From the NCBI GenBank assembly GCA_038055775.1, contig JBBUHH010000064.1, positions 1 to 36,554 on the forward strand: 36,554 bases of DNA. Direction: 5' to 3'. The position numbers and the translations under genes were made by a program. Positions 7,693 to 14,248 of this stretch are shown one piece after another; position 1 is the first letter of the stretch; each line of letters opens with the position of its first letter. The notes below the pieces were generated by a model, which was given only the letters and a program-made list of their open reading frames with translations, did no database searches and was not told where the DNA came from. Source of the stretch: Patescibacteria group bacterium (GTDB taxonomy: Bacteria; Patescibacteriota; Minisyncoccia; Phycocordibacterales; UBA9973).

Positions 7693-9189
7693 TTACTTTT
7701 CTAAATCAAGTACTTCGTCAATCCTAATTTGCTTCACGAATTCCGGCACATGGGAGACGAGAATCATTGCGCCTTTATATTCGTCGAGCGCTTTCGCGAT
7801 TACTGGTAAGTGTCGGAAATTTATGTGGTTGGTCGGTTCGTCTAGGATAAGGAGTCCGGGTTTTTGAAGAACAAGTCTAGCAAATGCCACCAGCCCTTTC
7901 TGCCCTTCGGACAAATCTCCGATTCTAGTGCGGATAAATTCTCCGGTAATTAGAAATCCAGCGGCGACAGAGCGCATGCGTTCTTCATCCAATCTTTCCC
8001 CGCCCGCAAGCATCGCGCTCGCGAGCGATTGATACACAGTATCTTCAAAGTTCAGGGTAGAGAAATCTTGCCGATAATATCCAATGCGGATTCCCTCGGA
8101 TACTTTTTCGCCATCAGCATGACCGGAAGCCAACCTCTCCAGCAGGGTTGTCTTCCCTATTCCGTTTGGTCCCTGCAAGAGCAAGTGTGTATTTTTATTC
8201 AAAGAAATTTTTGCTTTATGTTTTACAATTTTTCCATTTTTCATTATAGAGAAAGAAGAAATATTTAAAATCTCCCCTATCAAGTCCGGCTGACTTGGAA
8301 TAGTAAAAGGTCGGATAGCTCTATCTTCCTTTCGCACTTCCACGATTTCTTCTTCGAGTTCTTCCGCTTTTTCGCGCATGCGTTTGGCGACTAAGCGCAA
8401 GCGCCCGCCTTTGTAGGCAAATACATTTGCTTGATCCTTTTTGGCTTGAATTTCTTTCTGTAATTGGGCATTTTTCATATTCTCCTTTTCCACTCGCGCG
8501 GAAATATCTTTGACTACATTAAAATAGTTGCCGACATACTGCTCGATTTTTTTGGTATACACATCCAAATACAGAACGGCTTGAGTGAAAGCATTTAAAA
8601 ATTCCGCATCGTGAGATATGACAATGATAGTTTTTTTGTAATTAATTAAAAAATTCGTCAGGTGGGTGATACCTGCTTTGTCTAAATTGTTTGTCGGCTC
8701 GTCTAGGAGAAGCAGGTCGGGGTCTTGTATCAAAGCGGAAGCAAGAAGGAGCCGCGCCTGCTGTCCGCCCGAAAAAGTATTCATTTTTTTGTCATGCACC
8801 TTTGTATGCCCTTTTAAATTTACCACTTCTAAAACATCGTCAATCTTTGGATCTATGTCATATACTTTCTGCTTAAAACATTTTTCAAAAAATTCCCGTA
8901 CAGTTAAATTTAACTGGTCTCGAGGAATCACTTGCTGAGCCGAAGCGATGCTAACGCCTTTCACTATATTGATAACACCAGATTCTAGAACACTCGAGCC
9001 GGAAATGAGTCCAAAGATAGTACTCTTGCCAGCGCCATTTTGTCCCATTAAAGTAAATTTCATCCCTCTGCGTACAGTAAAACTAACCCCGTCTAAGATA
9101 GGTTTATTTACACCCCATTCAAATGAGACATTGTCAAATCTAACTATAGTTTCCTGCGTTTTTTGATTTTCTTGCAATTCTTTAACCAT
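7693..9189 (-). CDS. ABC-F family ATPase (two ABC cassettes, no TM domain)
   Basis: Two Walker A sites (GQNGAGKST, GPNGIGKTT), two signatures (SGGQQARLLLA, SEGQKGLVAFA), two Walker B sites (LLLLDEPTNNLD, LLILDEPTNHIN) and a charged inter-domain linker. Confidence 0.9.
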   Translation of the reverse strand: MVKELQENQKTQETIVRFDNVSFEWGVNKPILDGVSFTVRRGMKFTLMGQNGAGKSTIFGLISGSSVLESGVINIVKGVSIASAQQVIPRDQLNLTVREFFEKCFKQKVYDIDPKIDDVLEVVNLKGHTKVHDKKMNTFSGGQQARLLLASALIQDPDLLLLDEPTNNLDKAGITHLTNFLINYKKTIIVISHDAEFLNAFTQAVLYLDVYTKKIEQYVGNYFNVVKDISARVEKENMKNAQLQKEIQAKKDQANVFAYKGGRLRLVAKRMREKAEELEEEIVEVRKEDRAIRPFTIPSQPDLIGEILNISSFSIMKNGKIVKHKAKISLNKNTHLLLQGPNGIGKTTLLERLASGHADGEKVSEGIRIGYYRQDFSTLNFEDTVYQSLASAMLAGGERLDEERMRSVAAGFLITGEFIRTRIGDLSEGQKGLVAFARLVLQKPGLLILDEPTNHINFRHLPVIAKALDEYKGAMILVSHVPEFVKQIRIDEVLDLEK

Positions 9190-9231
9190 TTTGACAGATT
9201 AGCTTATTTCATACAAAATAGCGAATTTTGC

Positions 9232-9261
9232 TTGACAAGATACCAAACTTTATGCTATACT
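9232..9261 (+). promoter_or_regulatory. putative promoter of the cold-shock gene, with a long 5' UTR
   Basis: TTGACA (9232-9237), 18 nt, TATACT (9256-9261). This leaves roughly 80 nt of leader before ATG 9349, as is typical for csp mRNAs. Confidence 0.5.
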
Positions 9262-9348
9262 TAAGAAACAAAGTAGGTGCAAGAAGAGTAACATAGAGTC
9301 GATTTCTTAGGTATATCTTTGTATTTAACAACTTAACTGTAAAAATCA

Positions 9349-9546
9349 ATGACTGGTACAATAAAAAGACTGACTCCGAAAGGTTTCGGATTTATCGTCG
9401 GAGAAGGGCTTACGAAAGATTTATTCTTTCATAGCAACGCTCTTGTCGGCGTAACTTTCGATGAACTCAAGGAAGGTGATGCTGTTTCTTTTGAAACAGA
9501 GGAATCACCAAAAGGATTGAATGCCGTAAATGTGCAGCGCGCATAA
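9349..9546 (+). CDS. cold-shock domain protein (CspA family)
   Basis: 65 aa with RNP1-like KGFGFI and RNP2-like LFFH motifs. Confidence 0.9.
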   Translation: MTGTIKRLTPKGFGFIVGEGLTKDLFFHSNALVGVTFDELKEGDAVSFETEESPKGLNAVNVQRA

Positions 9547-9556
9547 CAATTAAAAT

Positions 9557-9581
9557 AAAAACCCCGTATTACGGGGTTTTT
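9557..9581. terminator. bidirectional intrinsic terminator between csp and the thioredoxin-like gene
   Basis: AAAAACCCCGT-att-ACGGGGTTTTT, flanked by an A-run and a T-run. It overlaps the stop codon of the minus-strand gene. Confidence 0.75.
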
Positions 9582-9837
9582 ATTTTGCCCATTTTTTTAA
9601 TTCTTCATAACTCGCCTCACCGCAAATCCATTTTTTTGTTTTAGTATTATAAAAAAAGGGTACCCCGCCGCATAAGTCTTTGTCGATTTCTAGCAAGCGT
9701 TTTTCATTTTCTTTGTTATGCCAAACTTCCAAACTTTCCACCCTGACTCCTTCCTCTTTTTCCAAACGCTCTACAAGCGCATGCATAGAAACGCAATGCG
9801 GGCATTCGGTTCCATAAAATTCTAAAAGATGGGACAT
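9580..9837 (-). CDS. small thioredoxin/glutaredoxin-like protein (CPHC active site)
   Basis: 85 aa with CPHC near the N-terminus and GGVPFF (cis-Pro loop region). Confidence 0.65.
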   Translation of the reverse strand: MSHLLEFYGTECPHCVSMHALVERLEKEEGVRVESLEVWHNKENEKRLLEIDKDLCGGVPFFYNTKTKKWICGEASYEELKKWAK

Positions 9838-9841
9838 CTTT

Positions 9842-10093
9842 TTACTTAGTTATTCTGGCCAAGCGAGATTTCTTGCGAGCGGCGTTGTTCTTTTTGATGA
9901 CATTACTTTTCGCCGCCTTATCTATTATAGAAAAAGCGCTAGAAAGCATTTTCACAGCTTCCTTCTTGTCCGTCTTAGTAATTTTCTCGATTTTCTTGAT
10001 TATCTCTTTCATTGCCCGCATTTTGCGATCGTTAACAGACTTCTTACGCAAAGATCCCCTGACTGCTTTTTTTGCTGATTGTGTTATTGGCAT
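9842..10093 (-). CDS. rpsT: 30S ribosomal protein S20
   Basis: 83 aa, highly basic. The MPITQSAKKAVRGSLRKK start is typical of bS20. Confidence 0.9.
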   Translation of the reverse strand: MPITQSAKKAVRGSLRKKSVNDRKMRAMKEIIKKIEKITKTDKKEAVKMLSSAFSIIDKAAKSNVIKKNNAARKKSRLARITK

Positions 10094-10125
10094 GAATTTA
10101 ACTTAACAGAAAAATCTCGAAAATG

Positions 10126-10198
10126 CAACCCCTCCTGACCTCCCCTTGTCAGGGGAGGAAGAATTTATGTCTCCCTGATAAGGGGGATTAGGGGGTTG
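10126..10198. repeat. GC-rich nested-palindrome element, two-hairpin form (intergenic copy)
   Basis: Outer inverted ends CAACCCCT...AGGGGGTTG. Hairpins CCTCCCCT-tgtc-AGGGGAGG (10139-10158) and TCTCCC-tgataa-GGGGGA (10170-10187). Lies in the divergent rpsT/ruvA spacer. Confidence 0.8.
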
Positions 10199-10220
10199 AA
10201 TTTTATGTTATGATAAATTC

Positions 10221-10814
10221 ATGATTGGCAGCATAAAGGGAAAGATAATACTGAAAACGGAAAAATTTTTGATAGTTGAGGCGGGAGGAATCGGATATAA
10301 AGTAAGTGTATCTCAGGATACGATTTCTAGACTTGCCCCTCGAAAAAGCTCGGGACAAAATGACACAGTAGTGTCATTTTGGATTCATACCCATGTGCGG
10401 GAGGACGCGCTTGACTTGTATGGGTTTTTGGATAGGGCGGAATTAGAATTTTTCGAAATGCTCATAAACATATCCGGTATCGGACCGAAGGGCGCGCTTG
10501 CCATTTTGGGCGTGGCATCACTCCAGACTTTGCGTAAAGCTATCGGAACCGGTGACATTTCTTACCTCACCAAAATTTCCGGCATCGGCAAAAAAACGGC
10601 GGAAAAAATCGTGATAGAATTGCGAGATAAGATGGAAAAAGCGGCTGGCGAAACGGACGGGGGCTCCATGCAAGGCGAACTCGATGCGCTCGAGGCGCTC
10701 CGGTCGCTCGGCTACTCGCAAAACGAATCTCGCGAGGCGCTGAAAAAAGTTGATGCGGACTTGGACACAAATAAAAAGATTAAGGAGGCATTAAAAATTC
10801 TTGCTACGAAATAA
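10221..10814 (+). CDS. ruvA: Holliday junction branch migration protein RuvA
   Basis: MIGSIKGKI...GGIGYKV OB-fold start, HhH motifs (ISGIGPKGALAIL, ISGIGKKTAEKIV) and a C-terminal domain III. Confidence 0.9.
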   Translation: MIGSIKGKIILKTEKFLIVEAGGIGYKVSVSQDTISRLAPRKSSGQNDTVVSFWIHTHVREDALDLYGFLDRAELEFFEMLINISGIGPKGALAILGVASLQTLRKAIGTGDISYLTKISGIGKKTAEKIVIELRDKMEKAAGETDGGSMQGELDALEALRSLGYSQNESREALKKVDADLDTNKKIKEALKILATK

Positions 10815-10846
10815 AAGGATTATTCGTTAATTCGTATATTTATTTT

Positions 10847-11707
10847 ATGCCGGAACTACCGGAAGTTGAAACAACCACACAAGGATTAAGAAACACTATT
10901 GTCGGGCGCACAATAAAAAATGCCTGGACTGACTTGTCCACTAAGGATAAAAGGCAAAGGGACGCAATCGCGAATCCGAAGTATTTTATTATTTTTAAAA
11001 AAGAAATTCTAAATAAGAAAGTTTTGTCGGTGGAAAGGCGGGCGAAGAATATCCTGATAAATTTAAATAATCAGAAAACGATTTTGGTACATATGAAAAT
11101 GACTGGACACTTACTTTTTGGTGATTATAAAAAAGACCCGATTAACCGCTTTATCCACTTCACGATTAGTTTCAACAACGGCGAAAAATTGTATTTTTCT
11201 GACATGAGAAAATTCGGGAAAATTACCCTGTTGGATACAAAAGTCGCGCATGACACAAAACATCTGAATAACATAGGACCTGAACCCTTGGATAAAAATT
11301 TCACGATCGTGAAATTTAAGGAAGGATTGATGAAAAGAAAAAACGGCAAGATAAAAACAGTCCTCATGGACCAAAGCATCATCGCCGGCATCGGCAATAT
11401 CTATTCCGATGAAATCCTATGGCAGGCAGGCGTAAATCCCGAACGCAAAGTGTCTAGTTTAAAAGAAAAAGAATTAAAACTAATTTTTACCGCAATCAAA
11501 AAAACTCTAGCGAAAGGCATAAACTTCGGCGGAGATTCAATGTCCGACTATCGCAACATCCACGGCCTGCCCGGTAAATTCCAGCTACATCACGAAGCAT
11601 ATAGGCGCACGGGCAAAAAATGCAGAAAAAGAGGATGTAGCGGCACAATAAAAAGAAAAATAATAAACGGCCGTAGCGCGCATTTTTGTAACATACATCA
11701 AATATAG
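10847..11707 (+). CDS. mutM: formamidopyrimidine-DNA glycosylase (Fpg/MutM)
   Basis: N-terminal MPELPEVE catalytic motif, H2TH region, and a C-terminal zinc finger (CRKRGCSGTI...HFC). Confidence 0.9.
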   Translation: MPELPEVETTTQGLRNTIVGRTIKNAWTDLSTKDKRQRDAIANPKYFIIFKKEILNKKVLSVERRAKNILINLNNQKTILVHMKMTGHLLFGDYKKDPINRFIHFTISFNNGEKLYFSDMRKFGKITLLDTKVAHDTKHLNNIGPEPLDKNFTIVKFKEGLMKRKNGKIKTVLMDQSIIAGIGNIYSDEILWQAGVNPERKVSSLKEKELKLIFTAIKKTLAKGINFGGDSMSDYRNIHGLPGKFQLHHEAYRRTGKKCRKRGCSGTIKRKIINGRSAHFCNIHQI

Positions 11708-11820
11708 AAAACGAAATATAAAATTTAGAAAGTCTTGCGCAGGCGGACGCGCCGAGCAGTTCGCTGGGCTAGCAAGCCCAGATAGATTGCTTTATAAATT
11801 TTGATATTTCGTTTTCTATA
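11703..11820. repeat. 118-bp element with 24/25-nt terminal inverted repeats and a GC-rich core
   Basis: TATAGAAAACGAAATATAAAATTT (11703-11726) pairs with AAATTTTGATATTTCGTTTTCTATA (11796-11820), with one bulged nucleotide. The 69-nt core contains the hairpin GGGCT-agca-AGCCC. The arms include the stop codons of both convergent genes. Confidence 0.7.
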
Positions 11821-12292
11821 GACCGTATATTCTAAAAAGTGAAATCCCTAGCGCCACAGAAACATTCAGCGATTCTTTTTTGCCACGCATTGGGATTTCG
11901 GCAATAACATCGCATTTTTTTAGAATACTTTTCGGAATCCCGGCGACTTCGGCGCCGACGATGAAAGCATTCCTCGCTTTCGACCTTATTTTTTTGTAAT
12001 CAACCGAATTTTCATCCTGTTCGATGCCTATAATTAAAAACTTTTCTTTCTTTAATTCAGACAAGAGAGGCAAAATACTTTTCTTTTGCTCCCACGGCAC
12101 AAACTCCTCCGCCCCGAGCGCTGACTTTGCCAAATCTTTTCTTTTTCTGCCAAACCTATCAAGCGGCGCAGGGGTGTACCCCGTCAAATATATTTTATTT
12201 ATCCCAGCCGCATCGGCCGTCCGAAACATCGCGCCCACATTCTGCACGCTCCGGACATTGTGGATTATTAAAATATTCTCTGGCTGTTTCAT
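11816..12292 (-). CDS. SpoU/TrmH-family RNA 2'-O-methyltransferase
   Basis: Motifs NVGAMFRTADAAG, GAEVAGI and LNVSVALGI. The ORF-track TTG start at 12340 would translate the palindromic repeat. ATG 12292 (MKQPENILI...) is preceded by GGAGAGGGG and is preferred. Confidence 0.75.
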   Translation of the reverse strand: MKQPENILIIHNVRSVQNVGAMFRTADAAGINKIYLTGYTPAPLDRFGRKRKDLAKSALGAEEFVPWEQKKSILPLLSELKKEKFLIIGIEQDENSVDYKKIRSKARNAFIVGAEVAGIPKSILKKCDVIAEIPMRGKKESLNVSVALGISLFRIYGL

Positions 12293-12297
12293 AAATT

Positions 12298-12338
12298 CTC
12301 CCCTCTCCGAGATTCGGAGAGGGGCTGGGGGTGAGGTC
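12298..12338. repeat. GC-rich palindromic element, single-hairpin form (udg/trmH junction)
   Basis: Perfect 11-bp stem CCCCTCTCCGA-gat-TCGGAGAGGGG (12300-12324), then the family terminus CTGGGGGTGAGGT ending against the udg stop codon. Confidence 0.75.
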
Positions 12339-12975
12339 AAAAAAGACTTTTTTGCACATCTTCAACTTTTTTCTCTTTCTTGCTCGGCTCTTCCACGACC
12401 TGCTCTTCGGTAATTTCTTCGCCATTAACTTTTTTCAAAGCATCCGGTAATTTTTTAAAAGTATTTTCAAACATATTCATCGCCCCAGTACCTCGGAGTG
12501 CTGCCGCCGGGTGCAACATCGGCAGAATAAAGTGATTTCCCGATTTGAAAAGTTTGCCCTGGTCGCGAGTAATCTTGGCAAATGGCAGAAAATAATTCAT
12601 AGAAAATCTCCCGAGCGGCACTATCATTTTCGGAGCGATGATGTCTATTTGTCGCGCGAGATAAGGCTTGTACGCTTCAATTTCTTCGGGCATTGGGTCG
12701 CGGTTCTCCGGCGGACGGCGCTTCACGATGTTTGTGATGTACACATCGCTCTCCCTCCAGCCGAGGTCGCGGATATTTTTCCGAAGCAACTGCCCTGCTC
12801 GGCCGACAAAAGGCCTCTTCTCGCGATCTTCATTCATTCCCGGCGCTTCACCAATGAAAAGAATCTTGCAATTTGGATCCCCTTCTCCGAAAACGAGGCT
12901 TGACTGCATTAAGGGTAAAGATTTATCCCCTTCTATTTCTTTTTTGAGTTTCTCCAATTCTACGACCTTATCCAT
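12337..12975 (-). CDS. uracil-DNA glycosylase, family 4
   Basis: Motifs GEGDPNCKILFIGEAPG, RPFVGRAGQLL and HPAAALR, with a Lys/Glu-rich C-terminal tail. Confidence 0.85.
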   Translation of the reverse strand: MDKVVELEKLKKEIEGDKSLPLMQSSLVFGEGDPNCKILFIGEAPGMNEDREKRPFVGRAGQLLRKNIRDLGWRESDVYITNIVKRRPPENRDPMPEEIEAYKPYLARQIDIIAPKMIVPLGRFSMNYFLPFAKITRDQGKLFKSGNHFILPMLHPAAALRGTGAMNMFENTFKKLPDALKKVNGEEITEEQVVEEPSKKEKKVEDVQKSLF

Positions 12976-12987
12976 ATATATAGTATA

Positions 12988-14247
12988 TTACTTTAAAAAA
13001 TTTCTTGCCCGTATTTTTTTATGATACGCAATGGCAAACCGGTGCGCTTCGCTATTCCCGAGTAAGATTTCTCTCTTGTATTTAAAGCCAAACTTTTTGT
13101 CGCCCAAGATTGCTTTCGGTTTATGTCGTTCGTCTTTTACAACTGAAACCACCGGAATATCAAGGGTAGCCCTTGATAAAATTGCTTTGACAGCATTAAT
13201 CTGTGCCATCCCCCCATCGACAACTATCAGGTTCGGATAAGTCCATTCCGTGTGAACCAAACGCCTTTCCAATACTTCGGCTAGTGCGCCGGTGTCGTTT
13301 GTATTTAACTGCGTTCTTATTTTAAATTTCTTGTATTCACTTTTCTCCGTCTCTCCATTTTCTACAACAGTCATCACTCCCACCATATTTTTGCCGCCCA
13401 TATGGGCGATGTCGTACGCCTCTATCTTACCCCCTCCGCCTTCGGCACCTCCCCCTACATAGGGGGAGGCTGGGTAGGGGTACTTCATCAGCGCCACATC
13501 ATTTATATGCTGTAAGGCAAAAATCTGCCTTTTAATTTCCCCCGCCCTTTCAAATTCACGATTTTTCGCGTACGCTTTCATTTCTTTTTTAAGATTTTGC
13601 AAAATTCGCTTCTTTTTGCCTTCAAAAAATAATTTTATATTCCTGATATTCTGCAAATATTGTCTCCTCAAGGTCTCTCCTTCTCCGTCGCTTTGCTCCT
13701 CCTTAAGGAAAGACCTTTTCCCGACAATATCCGGCGCCAAATTTATCTGCTTGTAAAATTCTAAATAATTTTTGCTTTTTTCGTCTAGAAACGGAAAAAT
13801 CTTTCGGATAATTTTCATCGCTTCGCGAAGTTGTAGCCCATTTGTAAACGGCCCATACACTTTGTCAAACACCCGATGTTTGACATGGGTGCCGCGAACA
13901 ATCATAACCTTTGGCAAATCCTCGCTCGTGATGCAAACATAATTAAAACTTTTATCGGATTTTTCTTTCGTATTGTATTTCGGCTGATGTTTTTTTATCA
14001 GATTTGCCTCAAGAATTATAGCTTCTAGAACGCTGTCCGTAACCTGCCAATCAATTTTATTCGCCTTGAAAACCATATCTACGAGAAGTGGTCCGCGAGT
14101 TTCAATTAGGTCTTTTGAAAAATAACTTTTAATTCGGTCGCGCAACGATGTTGCCTTGCCTATATATAAAATTTCTTTTCCCTTTAAGAAAAAGTAGACT
14201 CCGGGTTTGTCCGGAAGGTTTTTCTTTTTAAAGTAAGAGATTTGCAT
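12988..14247 (-). CDS. uvrC: excinuclease ABC subunit C, short form without the C-terminal (HhH)2 domain
   Basis: GIY-YIG domain (GVYFFLKGKEILYIGKATSLRDRIKSYF), UVR motif (REFERAGEIKRQIFALQHI) and RNase H-like endonuclease domain (IEAYDIAHMGG...EAHRFAI). The ORF ends at 419 aa directly after that domain. Confidence 0.85.
   Translation of the reverse strand: MQISYFKKKNLPDKPGVYFFLKGKEILYIGKATSLRDRIKSYFSKDLIETRGPLLVDMVFKANKIDWQVTDSVLEAIILEANLIKKHQPKYNTKEKSDKSFNYVCITSEDLPKVMIVRGTHVKHRVFDKVYGPFTNGLQLREAMKIIRKIFPFLDEKSKNYLEFYKQINLAPDIVGKRSFLKEEQSDGEGETLRRQYLQNIRNIKLFFEGKKKRILQNLKKEMKAYAKNREFERAGEIKRQIFALQHINDVALMKYPYPASPYVGGGAEGGGGKIEAYDIAHMGGKNMVGVMTVVENGETEKSEYKKFKIRTQLNTNDTGALAEVLERRLVHTEWTYPNLIVVDGGMAQINAVKAILSRATLDIPVVSVVKDERHKPKAILGDKKFGFKYKREILLGNSEAHRFAIAYHKKIRARNFLK
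13428..13482. repeat. GC-rich palindromic element inside uvrC (in frame)
   Basis: Hairpin CCTCCCCCT-acat-AGGGGGAGG (13448-13469), a CCGCCTTCGGCA module, and TACCCC...GGGGTA ends. Translated as YPYPASPYVGGGAEGGGGK. It is the reverse complement of the uvrB copies. Confidence 0.8.
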
Positions 14248-14248
14248 A

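Noticed and set aside
11727-11795. The GC-rich core flanked by inverted repeats considered as a retron msr/msd-like locus
   Set aside because: No reverse transcriptase gene is nearby and there is no conserved branching-G context. The inverted repeats coincide with the ends of convergent genes, so a terminator or MITE explanation is simpler.
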